Source: Verrucomicrobiota bacterium (GTDB taxonomy: Bacteria > Verrucomicrobiota > Lentisphaeria > Lentisphaerales > Lentisphaeraceae). From it: a stretch of 37,504 nucleotides of DNA. Where the stretch lies: NCBI GenBank assembly GCA_039798785.1, contig JBDKFG010000047.1, positions 1 through 37,504 of the forward strand, in the 5' to 3' direction. Made by a program: the position numbers and the translations under genes. Positions 1 through 8,221 of the stretch are shown here, piece by piece (position 1 is the stretch's first letter; each line of letters starts with the position of its first letter). Under the pieces are notes generated by a model. It had not been told where the DNA came from, did no database searches, and was given only the letters and a program-made list of their open reading frames with translations.

Positions 1-285
1 CTCGGTCGCCACATCAGCGGCGGGTCCATAGAATATCGCCAGTCCTCGAAGCGTCCAGGCCTCCCGAGTGGATTTTTGAAAAATTCTTGGATTTTTCTTG
101 CCCATGAGGGAATTCCGTAGGGTGATTGTTCGCCCCCGAATCTGGTCGGTGATTTAAGCCCGTGATTGTGCCACCTCGGCGACACCATAGAGAGGGAAAG
201 TCCTGAAACCCCACACGAAAGGGTCACTGAAGGAGAGAAGGCGAGGGAGAGAGAGATCCGACGACCAGCGACCTGCCTGATGCAC

Positions 286-352
286 CTACTTTCGGGCCTC
301 ATTGGCCCCCTTCAGGGGCGCCTGCTGCCCCGGGTGGGAGGCGCCGATGCAG
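286..352 (-). ncRNA. Degenerate type III hammerhead ribozyme-like fold (tentative)
   Basis: Minus strand reads CTGC-ATC-[GGCGCCT..AGGCGCC]-C-CTGAAGG-[GGGCC AATGA GGCCC]-GAAA-GTAG. Three helices and the core segments are in hammerhead order, with three deviations from consensus. Confidence 0.3.
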
Positions 353-477
353 CTCAAGCTCGGGCTAAATCCTCCACTCCTTTGGAATGATGCCCGGCTG
401 CAGCACGAACTTCGCAGGGAGCAGTCATAGAATCCACCCACAAAATTCCCGGAATAACCGGAATTCCCTTTCTCTTG

Positions 478-795
478 CGGACCACAGCATTCTCCGCTCA
501 GTTGACCTTCAGGCTGAGACAACTGTCGAGGAACTCCGTCGCCGAAGTGAACACACGATCAAGTCGCCTGCGTCCGCACGTAGAATATTGTAGTCATCGG
601 TGAAGCGGCAGAAGGCAGTGCCCCGGGTTTCAGTTCTTTGTCGAGCTCGTTCAGCATCAAGTTGGCGAGGAAGGGCGCAGACTTGCTGCCTCCCCTCCTC
701 CGTTTCCTGGCTGAAGCTATGGATCATCACGCAGCTTTCGAGAAAGTTGCGAATGAGCATCAAGACGCGTCTGTCGGCGATGCAGCGCGCGCCAG
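478..795 (-). pseudogene. Group II intron reverse transcriptase/maturase fragment, multiply frameshifted
   Basis: Stitching minus frames gives RCIADRRVLMLIRNFLESCVM..ETEEGRQQ / SAPFLANLMLNELDKEL / ETRGTAFCRFTDDYNI / YVRTQA / DRVFTSATEFLDSCLSLKVN*AENAVV. This is colinear with RT4-RT7 of bacterial group II intron RTs (EGTPQG..PLLANIxLDELDKELE.RG..FVRYADD.NIYV..LKLKVN). Confidence 0.85.
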
Positions 796-851
796 TCCCT
801 TGGATTTAGCCTGGACTCCGAAGCTGAGCTTGGGCTCAGCTCGGGAATCCA

Positions 852-886
852 ATTCAAGATTCAAGATTCAAAATTCAAGATTCAAC
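852..886 (+). repeat. Heptamer tandem repeat ATTCAA(G/A/C) x5, with degenerate copies at about 901-928
   Basis: ATTCAAG ATTCAAG ATTCAAA ATTCAAG ATTCAAC read directly. Confidence 0.9.
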
Positions 887-1010
887 AAAACGCGCACAAA
901 ATCAAAGATTTAACATTCAACACTGAAGGCTGACTCACAGCTTCAACTTCGGAATCGAGGTTTAGATTAGAGGAGAGCCGTCATGATTCGGGCTTCGGAG
1001 TTCATGTCGC

Positions 1011-1022
1011 TGCCCGGCGCAC
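1011..1022 (-). mobile_element. Putative 5' end of a group IIC intron remnant
   Basis: Minus strand GTGCGCCGGGCA starts 7 nt after the terminator stem. It matches the GUGYG 5' consensus and is co-oriented with the RT relic. Confidence 0.55.
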
Positions 1023-1026
1023 CAAT

Positions 1027-1058
1027 GAAAAGGGCTTACGGTTTTTCCGTAAGCCCTT
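1027..1058 (-). terminator. Rho-independent terminator downstream of tRNA-Met
   Basis: Perfect 12-bp stem AAGGGCTTACGG (1030-1041) / CCGTAAGCCCTT (1047-1058) with a 5-nt loop, ending in TTTT on the minus strand. Confidence 0.8.
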
Positions 1059-1068
1059 ATTAAGGAGA

Positions 1069-1144
1069 TGGTGGTGCGAGAGGGACTTGAACCCACGACC
1101 AGCAGATTATGATTCTGCCGCTCTACCGACTGAGCTATCGCACC
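1069..1144 (-). tRNA. tRNA with CAT anticodon (elongator Met most likely; Ile2 not excluded)
   Basis: Reverse complement GGTGCGATAGCTCAGTCGGTAGAGCGGCAGAATCATAATCTGCTGGTCGTGGGTTCAAGTCCCTCTCGCACCACCA. 76-nt cloverleaf, G1-C72 paired (not an initiator), CCA encoded. Confidence 0.97.
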
Positions 1145-1160
1145 GCCTTGAGTGGGGCAT

Positions 1161-1188
1161 AGTTTAGCGTTGAGTCTTTACTCGTCAA
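1161..1188 (-). promoter_or_regulatory. Sigma70-type promoter of tRNA-Met
   Basis: TTGACG (1188-1183), 16-nt spacer, TAAACT (1166-1161), then GC-rich ATGCCCC. Confidence 0.6.
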
Positions 1189-1219
1189 GCTGGATTTTTG
1201 AGGAATTGAGTAAAAACAT

Positions 1220-2323
1220 TCAGCTTTCCGGGAATTTCTCGATTTCGACACGGAGTTGGGACAGGATTTCGTCATAACTCCAGGAACCGAGTTCGACAGG
1301 ACCTTTCTTCAGGTTGACGCTGCGTGGTCCGCACCAGAGCCCCAGGTCGGCATCATCCGTCTCGCCTGGGCCGTTGACGCGACAGCCCATCACTGCGATG
1401 GTCATTTTGCGGCGTCCGAGCTCTTCGGTAAGTTGCTTCACTGACTGCGCCAGGACGATGAACTTCTCGTTCTCCACCCGTGAGCAGGAGGGGCAGCTGA
1501 TGATGTTATAGCCGTCGGTGGCGTACTTCTGGTTCCAGAAACGACCGGCCTTGACGTCGTCGACGATCTGTCGACCGATGCGGATTTCTTCATGCTTGTC
1601 ATCGAAGGGCAAGGTGAGCGAAACACGCAGTGTGGCGCCGATGCCTTCTGCGAGCAGTGGTTCAAAAGCCTGACGGCTCTTCACTACACCGCCGGGAGGC
1701 AGACCGGCCTCGGTGACGCCGAGGTGTAACGGGACGTCGGGGCGGAGCTCGGCGAAGCGGCGGTTGACCCGGATGACGGTGTCGGGATCGGAGTCCTTGA
1801 TCGAAACGCAGAAGTCAGTGAAGCCAAGTGCATCCATGTAGCGGCAGTGCTGCACTGCGCTTTGCACTATCGCCTCTTCCTTGTCTGGAAATTGAGCCAG
1901 GGTTTCAGGCGCCACCGAGCCGCAGTTGACTCCGATGCGGATGGCATTGCCGTGGCGGCGGGCGACATCGACGAGCCAGCGCACCTTCTCCTCGGTCGAT
2001 TGCGAGGGCTTGAGGTGATGGAGGTGGCCGGGATTGTAGCGGAACTTGGCGACGAAGGGAGCGACCAGCTCGGCCATCAAGTAGTTCTCCTGGAGGTCGA
2101 CGCTGAGCTGCGCCTTGGTCCGCTCCTTGATCCAGGCGAGGGCCTCGACATCGGCTTTATTATCGACCGCGACGCGGACGATGCCGGCGCCGGCGGCGTG
2201 GAGCATCTCGACCTGGCGGAGGGTTGCGTCGCGGTCGGTGGTCTTGGTGGCGGCCATGGATTGCACCATCACCGGCTCGTCGCCGCCGATGTGGAGATGG
2301 CCGATGCGGATCTTGCGAGTCAT
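1220..2323 (-). CDS. ispG: (E)-4-hydroxy-3-methylbut-2-enyl diphosphate synthase
   Basis: [17 protein letters not shown] and [10 protein letters not shown] motifs, plus Fe-S ligands CPSCSR and [10 protein letters not shown]. Start set at MTRKIRIG, just after the upstream stop. Confidence 0.95.
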   Translation of the reverse strand: MTRKIRIGHLHIGGDEPVMVQSMAATKTTDRDATLRQVEMLHAAGAGIVRVAVDNKADVEALAWIKERTKAQLSVDLQENYLMAELVAPFVAKFRYNPGHLHHLKPSQSTEEKVRWLVDVARRHGNAIRIGVNCGSVAPETLAQFPDKEEAIVQSAVQHCRYMDALGFTDFCVSIKDSDPDTVIRVNRRFAELRPDVPLHLGVTEAGLPPGGVVKSRQAFEPLLAEGIGATLRVSLTLPFDDKHEEIRIGRQIVDDVKAGRFWNQKYATDGYNIISCPSCSRVENEKFIVLAQSVKQLTEELGRRKMTIAVMGCRVNGPGETDDADLGLWCGPRSVNLKKGPVELGSWSYDEILSQLRVEIEKFPES

Positions 2324-2324
2324 G

Positions 2325-2870
2325 TCACTTCCAACCGTTGTTAACGCCATCGGAATTGATCTTGTCGTAGGACTGGCGGTTGAGCTTGTGTTTGCTCATC
2401 AGCTCACTTTCGAGACGACCTTGGATGCCGGCTTCGACCTGGTGTCGCTGGGCGTCTTTGACTCGGTCGCCGGTCATCGGGACCTTGGCCATCTCGGCAG
2501 CGACTTTGACATCGATGGCGAGGCCTTCGCGGTAGACTGCCATGCGTTGCGTCACCGACAGGTTCTTGTAGGATTCAAGAGGATCGTAGGTTTTGGCGGG
2601 CGCATTGGTGGCTTGCTGGACGCGCTTAGGCTTCTTGTCGGGACCGGAGAAGGCGGCGATCATGATCAGGAGAAGAAACAGGCCACCGCCGACGCCGATG
2701 CCAATGTAGAGTTTGGTGTTGTCTTCGGCGGGGCGTCCCTTGGCACCTGGTTTTTTGGCGAGGGCTTTCGAAGTCGATTTGGTGTTCTTGTCGACACGGC
2801 CACGAGAGGAGGTGGCGGTGAGGTTGGCTTGTGAAGAAGTCGGCGGGGTGCGGCGGCTGGGCTGAGTCAT
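2325..2870 (-). CDS. Hypothetical single-pass membrane protein
   Basis: Basic low-complexity N-terminus and one TM helix ([21 protein letters not shown]). Stop abuts the ispG start. Confidence 0.7.
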   Translation of the reverse strand: MTQPSRRTPPTSSQANLTATSSRGRVDKNTKSTSKALAKKPGAKGRPAEDNTKLYIGIGVGGGLFLLLIMIAAFSGPDKKPKRVQQATNAPAKTYDPLESYKNLSVTQRMAVYREGLAIDVKVAAEMAKVPMTGDRVKDAQRHQVEAGIQGRLESELMSKHKLNRQSYDKINSDGVNNGWK

Positions 2871-3000
2871 GAAGATGAGGCTCCGGATTGTGGGGTTCGC
2901 CGAAGATATTCTCAGTCCGGAATTTGTCTGCCGGATTGGCCGGAAACGCAAAAACTGATAATCTCACCGATCATATGCACATAAGCCTAGGAGAATGAAT

Positions 3001-4242
3001 ATGAGGACCCTCGTGATTGATCCTGCCACCGGCGTGGCCGGCGACATGTTGACGGCGGCTTTTTTGGCTGCCGGGGCCGATACGGAAGAGTTCTGGACTG
3101 CAATGGCGAGCTTGCCGATTCCCGTTCGCTGCCGGGCCGAAAAGATCCAGAAGAGGGGCATTGGCGCGGTGAAGTTCCATGTCGAAGCTGCTGAGGGCTC
3201 ATGCGTCGGCAAATTGACCTACAGCCGGGTGAAATCACCACGGCGTTGGCTGGCTCCGGATGCCCATCCTTTGCGTGGACTTAGCGAGGTCAGCAGCGTC
3301 CTACGGCGGGCGCAATTGCCGGCGCAGGCGCTTGAGCTGGCCTTGAAAGCGTTTCGGCTATTGGCCGAGGCTGAAGCGGCGGTGCATGGCGTCGGGGTTG
3401 ACGAAGTTCACTTCCACGAGGTCGGCGCCCTGGATGCGATCGCCGACATCGCCGCGGCAAGTCTGGCTCTTTTCCTCCTCAAGCCGGACCGGGTGGTGGT
3501 GCGCCGCATCGCCCTGGGGGGCGGCACGGTGAAGACAGAGCATGGCGTCCTGCCGGTGCCGGCTCCGGCGACAGCGAAGCTGCTGCTCGGGCTTCCGAGC
3601 TGCAGCGGTCCGGTCGACAAGGAGCTGGCGACGCCCACGGGCGCGGCTCTGCTGCGGGCTTTTGGCAACGAGTTCGGGGATGTCCGGGTCGGCGGCATCC
3701 TGGTGGGCGAAGGTTTTGGCGCCGGGAATCTCGAATTGCCGGACCGCCCCAACGCGGTGCGGGTGATGATCTACGACGAGGCGTCGATGCAGGAAAGCGA
3801 CTTCGTCAGTGTGCTCAGCTGCGCCATCGACGACATGAGCGGCGAGCTTCTCGGCGTCTTGATTTCCAGTCTGATCGAGGCCGGTGCTTTGGATGCTTTG
3901 TGCATGCCCTGCGTGATGAAGAAGGGGCGTCAGGGGATGCGGCTGGAAGTGGTCTGTCGTCCGGAGGATGCAGAGCGTCTGGCTGGACTCGTCCTGCGCG
4001 AGAGCAGCAGTCTCGGGGTGCGGATTGACGAGGAGCGTCGTCTCAAGCTCGGGCGAGAATTCCGCCAGGTCATGTGCCGGGGCGAATCGGTGACGGTGAA
4101 ACTGGCCTTGGAGAAGGGGCGGGTCCTGCGAGCGATGCCGGAATTCGATTCCTGTCTGTCATTGGCGAGAAGACTTGATCTGCCGGTGGCGCAGATCTAT
4201 CGGGAGGTCGAGGCGCTGGCCCAGGGCTTCCTGACCCCGTGA
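3001..4242 (+). CDS. larC: Nickel-pincer cofactor biosynthesis nickel insertase LarC
   Basis: GVAGDM, EAEAAVHG..VHFHEVGALDAIADI, HGVLPVPAPAT, TPTGAA, IDDMSGE, MKKGR and PEFD motifs. AGGAGA RBS at 2989-2994. Confidence 0.93.
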   Translation: MRTLVIDPATGVAGDMLTAAFLAAGADTEEFWTAMASLPIPVRCRAEKIQKRGIGAVKFHVEAAEGSCVGKLTYSRVKSPRRWLAPDAHPLRGLSEVSSVLRRAQLPAQALELALKAFRLLAEAEAAVHGVGVDEVHFHEVGALDAIADIAAASLALFLLKPDRVVVRRIALGGGTVKTEHGVLPVPAPATAKLLLGLPSCSGPVDKELATPTGAALLRAFGNEFGDVRVGGILVGEGFGAGNLELPDRPNAVRVMIYDEASMQESDFVSVLSCAIDDMSGELLGVLISSLIEAGALDALCMPCVMKKGRQGMRLEVVCRPEDAERLAGLVLRESSSLGVRIDEERRLKLGREFRQVMCRGESVTVKLALEKGRVLRAMPEFDSCLSLARRLDLPVAQIYREVEALAQGFLTP

Positions 4243-4443
4243 AACGCAAGCGGCTAGCGACGCGATCAGCGCCTGACAAGATCCTCTTGCCGCTGAACTG
4301 AAGCCCTTCGCGCTCCTAGCACCGAGGAAGGCGCGCCGCCGAAAAAAAGCCGGCATGAATGCATCTCTGTCCAAGCTGAATCCGGTTTGATACACGTCGA
4401 AAAAAGCCGCAGATTAGATTCGGCTGCGTGGGGGCAAATTCAT

Positions 4444-5598
4444 TCAGAGCTCTGCGCTGCAGTCAAGAGAATGGACCAAGGTCGGTTTTGAGAAGCCCTT
4501 GGGGGTGATCTCTTGGCAATCAATGTGCCGCGGCAGAGGATTGATCCGGTTCCATGTGCTCTCATCGACCAAGACTTGTCCTGCTTCGGCAATTGAGACG
4601 AGGCGGGCAGCGAGGTTGGTGACCGATCCAATCGCGGCATAATCGACCCGCCCCTGGAAGCCGATTGGCCCGACGGAGGCATTTCCTGAGGCGATGCCTA
4701 TACCTAGACTGAGCTCGCAACCGCGGGAGCTCCAATCGACTGCCAGCTTTTCATACTCGTTATGGATCGCCTTGGCCATGGCCAAGGCTCGTGCCGGATG
4801 GTCAGGCATGTCGTTGGGAGCCCCGAGAAAACACATCAAGCCGTCGCCGGTAAAACGCTCCAAGGTGGCGCCATGGGCAAAGATCAGAGGCCCCACCAAA
4901 GCGTGGAATTCAGAGAGGACCTGCATGACTTCCGCCGGGTGAGACTTCTCGGCAAAGGGCGTGAAGCGCCTGAGATCAAGGAAGACGACGGTGATGTCAC
5001 GTCTTTCCCCGGTGCGCTCAAAAGGATTGTCCTGAGCGAGCAGCTGCTCGGCCACTTCAGGTGAAAAACAGCGGCGCAGCCGGTTGGCCTTTTCCAGCTC
5101 GGCGACCTGAACTCGGATCACTTCGTCCTGATCGCGATTGATGTCGTCGAGATGGCCGTTGACGCGTCGCAGCTGGGCCTGCACCCGTCTTACCTTGATT
5201 GCGGTGCGAATGCGCATCAGCAGCTCCAGGTAATCGAAGGGTTTGCGGACAAAATCATCAGCACCAGCCTCATAACCCTTGACAATGCAATCGGCTTCAG
5301 TCACCGCAGTGATGATAATGATCGCGACATCTGACATCTCGGGCTGGCTACGGAGATTGCGGCACACCTCAAGACCACTCCGCCCTGGCGGCATATTGAT
5401 GTCGAGAAGAATGATATCGGGACGCAAACGCATCGCCATCTCCTCGCCGTCTCGACCATTCCTTGCGGTCACGACACGGTATTGGCGACGGGTGAGGAAA
5501 GTGCGAAGCACCATCAAATTGTCCTCAATGTCATCAATGACCAAGACGAGGTGTTCGCCTGTGTCGTTGAGAGCGGAGAGTTGGGATTCGGTGATCAT
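4444..5598 (-). CDS. Response-regulator receiver fused to class III adenylate/guanylate cyclase
   Basis: Receiver: DD, LLDINMP, T, KPF. Coiled linker. Cyclase: FLDLRRFT, ERFTGDG, DYAAIGSVTNLAARL. Confidence 0.92.
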   Translation of the reverse strand: MITESQLSALNDTGEHLVLVIDDIEDNLMVLRTFLTRRQYRVVTARNGRDGEEMAMRLRPDIILLDINMPPGRSGLEVCRNLRSQPEMSDVAIIIITAVTEADCIVKGYEAGADDFVRKPFDYLELLMRIRTAIKVRRVQAQLRRVNGHLDDINRDQDEVIRVQVAELEKANRLRRCFSPEVAEQLLAQDNPFERTGERRDITVVFLDLRRFTPFAEKSHPAEVMQVLSEFHALVGPLIFAHGATLERFTGDGLMCFLGAPNDMPDHPARALAMAKAIHNEYEKLAVDWSSRGCELSLGIGIASGNASVGPIGFQGRVDYAAIGSVTNLAARLVSIAEAGQVLVDESTWNRINPLPRHIDCQEITPKGFSKPTLVHSLDCSAEL

Positions 5599-5705
5599 GG
5601 CAAGAATTTACCCCACTGCCGAAATAAGCGCTGGAAATTGCGCAAAAAATTTGGGTTTAGCACGATTTCATGCTATGGTTGGATGCGAACCTCTTGGAGA
5701 AGCAC

Positions 5706-6485
5706 ATGACCGAGAAGACTAACATACCCCGACCTGGCCAGGCTCCGCGTGGCGGCGAGACCGCGGAAGTCCGTACCAGTCCCGATGCAGCTCGCCTGCA
5801 GCTAGTGATGGGCTACCTTCAAGAGTTCAAGCCTCGTTGCAGCTTGAGGGAAACCATGCTTTCCGCCGTCGACATCCTGCTCAAGGTCTCTGGTCAGGAG
5901 CGTGGCTTCGCCTTCATCCTCGGCGCTTCGGACACGGGCGAAGTCGACTTCACCGAAGTCGCCAGTCGCAACAACGGCAAGGACGGCCAGTTCTTCCTCT
6001 CCCGTTCGCTGATCGTCCAGGCGGTCGCTTCCGACACCGGGGTCCTGATCGAAGACGCGACGGAAGGCAACGGCACCAACTCGATGCGCGACCTCAAGCT
6101 GCGCAGCGTCATTGTCCTGCCGATCTACAGCGCCAAGGGCAAGGACAAAAAAGAGGTGCGCGCCCTGCTCTATGCCGACCGTCAGTTTGCCTCGAGCAAG
6201 ATTCCGGCGCACACCAAGCAGACACTTCGCGGACTTGCCGGGATGCTCTCCGACGCCCTTGATGCCTGCGAGGACTACAACGCTTCGGTGGAGAGATGCC
6301 AAGCTTACAGTGAATACCTGAGATCAGTCGCATATGAGATCGAGCTGGTGAAAGAGGATCTTGACGCCTGCCATGCCCGTCTTGAGACCGGCAATCTGAA
6401 GATCCGTGAGTTCGAAGCCGAGAAGCTGCTTTCCGACGCCGGCCGCCTGACCGAGATCGCCCATCTTGTCGGCGGGGCCAGCTGA
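5706..6485 (+). CDS. GAF-domain protein with C-terminal helical region
   Basis: ERGF..SRSLIVQAV..VLIEDA..SMRDLKLRSVIVLPI..LYAD is a GAF-like pattern. GGAGA RBS precedes ATG 5706. Confidence 0.75.
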   Translation: MTEKTNIPRPGQAPRGGETAEVRTSPDAARLQLVMGYLQEFKPRCSLRETMLSAVDILLKVSGQERGFAFILGASDTGEVDFTEVASRNNGKDGQFFLSRSLIVQAVASDTGVLIEDATEGNGTNSMRDLKLRSVIVLPIYSAKGKDKKEVRALLYADRQFASSKIPAHTKQTLRGLAGMLSDALDACEDYNASVERCQAYSEYLRSVAYEIELVKEDLDACHARLETGNLKIREFEAEKLLSDAGRLTEIAHLVGGAS

Positions 6486-6524
6486 GTCCGCCTTCATCCC
6501 CGAGCCGAGGCATTCCATGCCGCT

Positions 6525-7235
6525 TCAAGATGACGGCGGCAAGCTGCTGAGGAGCCCCTTGACCAGCATCCAGGAATTGCGGGCAATTTCCGGCAGAAGT
6601 CGATTGAAATCGAGATGCGCCGAACCGTCTGCCTTGTCGGAAATGGTACGGACGACGAGAAAAGGGATCTGATTGCGGGAGCAGACCTGGGCGACAGCGG
6701 CGCCTTCCATTTCGATGGCATCACCTGCCAAGTCGTCTCTGATGTAGGCATGGGAGAGCAGCTGCGCGTGTGTGAAGAACTGGTCGCCGGTAAGGATGCG
6801 CCCGGTGAATATGCGATGCGGCGTGCTAATATTTTGCGCTAGCCGGAGCAGTTCCGGACAGGAGTTGAAAATGCGGTCTTCAGACCATGGGATCTGCCCA
6901 CGCAGGAAACCGAGCGCGCTGGCATCCAGATCGTGCTGGATCAGATCACGAGCGAGAATGATGTCGCCCGGTTCGTAATCCGGATTGAGCGCACCGGCGA
7001 CGCCAGAGAGGATGAGTCGCGCCGGGCTGAAGCGATCGATGAGATGTTGAGTGACCATGCTGGCGAGAACTTTGCCCACTCCTGAACGCACGGCGACGCA
7101 AGGCGTTCCGGCGCACTCGAGGTGATGGAGAGTCCATCCTGCCCAGGATTCGCTACCGAGCCGGCTGGAGTGATCCAGGATGGCCTGCAGCTCCTCCTGC
7201 ATCGCGGTGAGAAGGATGGTTGGACCCTTCTTCAC
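6525..7235 (-). CDS. mtnN: 5'-methylthioadenosine/S-adenosylhomocysteine nucleosidase
   Basis: AMQEE, SGVGKV, SGVAGAL, QHDLD, TGDQF, EMEGAA and RTISDKADG motifs. Confidence 0.93.
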   Translation of the reverse strand: MKKGPTILLTAMQEELQAILDHSSRLGSESWAGWTLHHLECAGTPCVAVRSGVGKVLASMVTQHLIDRFSPARLILSGVAGALNPDYEPGDIILARDLIQHDLDASALGFLRGQIPWSEDRIFNSCPELLRLAQNISTPHRIFTGRILTGDQFFTHAQLLSHAYIRDDLAGDAIEMEGAAVAQVCSRNQIPFLVVRTISDKADGSAHLDFNRLLPEIARNSWMLVKGLLSSLPPSS

Positions 7236-8113
7236 CGGGACCGGTCCAGCAGTTCGATGAGGATCGTGGCATCTGGCAGCGGGCGCGGCTGGGCGGCCTG
7301 ATCCTGGAGCTTTTTGGCGGCGAGGAGTTCGCGGACCAGCTGTAGCCGCAACTCGCCATCGACTGGAACGATCTTCTCAAGTTCTGCGAGTTGCGCGAGG
7401 CCCTCCATCAAGCCGATCTTGGCAAATTGGGTCCGCAGCCGGGTGATCTGGGCTTCGAGAGGGCCTTTCTCAATCTTGTTTTTGGGGATGAGCTCTTGTT
7501 GGAGCCTGAGGATAGGAAGCAGCTCGGGATGGGAGACGGAGCTGAAATCGGTGCTGAGACGAAGACTGGCGGCGGCGAGTTGATGCTCTTCCTTTTCGAG
7601 TGCAGTGAGCTCCCTGTCCTCCTTGGCGGTCCATTCGCGATAAGCCGGCGCCTTGCCGAGAGCACCCTGGGTGCGGGCAAGCAGGAAAGTGAACTCGCGC
7701 CGGCGGTCGATCGCCCACTCCGAGCTTTCGCCACGATTGAACTGCCGCAAAGTTTCCGCCGCTTCGATGATGCCAAGTGCATTGACCAGCTCAGGAATGC
7801 GCCCTCGCTTGGCGATACGCTGAAGCACTTTTGCCTTGGCTGACGCCAATCCGGCACTGCCAAGTTTCAGTTCAGCCGTTGCAGCTTCGATGGCTCGACG
7901 ATCGCCGAGCACATCCATGAAATCCTGCACCGAGGGCTTTTCCTCTCCTAGGGCCTTGGCGGCCTTGGCGATCTCGTCGGACGTGCCTTTGTCGAGCGCC
8001 TGACAGAATTTCTCGTAATTCTCGAGTTTATTTCCTCGTTCGGCGGACTCCTCATCCTCGCGACAGGATGACAGGAATGTGAAGCAGCAGAGCAGTGGGA
8101 GGTGTAGACGCAT
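7232..8113 (-). CDS. Hypothetical helical lipoprotein
   Basis: Signal peptide with lipobox-like FLSSC. GTGA overlap with mtnN. Start uncertain (8113 or 8134). Confidence 0.65.
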   Translation of the reverse strand: MRLHLPLLCCFTFLSSCREDEESAERGNKLENYEKFCQALDKGTSDEIAKAAKALGEEKPSVQDFMDVLGDRRAIEAATAELKLGSAGLASAKAKVLQRIAKRGRIPELVNALGIIEAAETLRQFNRGESSEWAIDRRREFTFLLARTQGALGKAPAYREWTAKEDRELTALEKEEHQLAAASLRLSTDFSSVSHPELLPILRLQQELIPKNKIEKGPLEAQITRLRTQFAKIGLMEGLAQLAELEKIVPVDGELRLQLVRELLAAKKLQDQAAQPRPLPDATILIELLDRSR

Positions 8114-8221
8114 GAGATTCTTGGGTTGTTTCAACGCAATCTAGACTGAGAAATCAACTTGAAAGGCTGAAAGAGGCACATGCACGCAAGAAAATGCGAC
8201 ATGTATCGCTACAGCTCGAGC

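Noticed and set aside
1..470. Group II intron domain V/VI 3' end
   Set aside because: No convincing AGC/CGC-triad domain V hairpin found by eye on the minus strand.
14..913. Short ORFs listed in the first 900 bp
   Set aside because: No recognisable products. They are explained as shadows or pieces of the RT relic and as translation of the heptamer repeat (NSRFKIQ).
852..928. Possible CRISPR array
   Set aside because: 7-bp contiguous units, no spacers and no cas genes.
4399..4425. Possible terminator for the cyclase gene (AGCCG..CGGCT plus T run on minus)
   Set aside because: Short stem with an irregular loop. Plausible but too weak to call.
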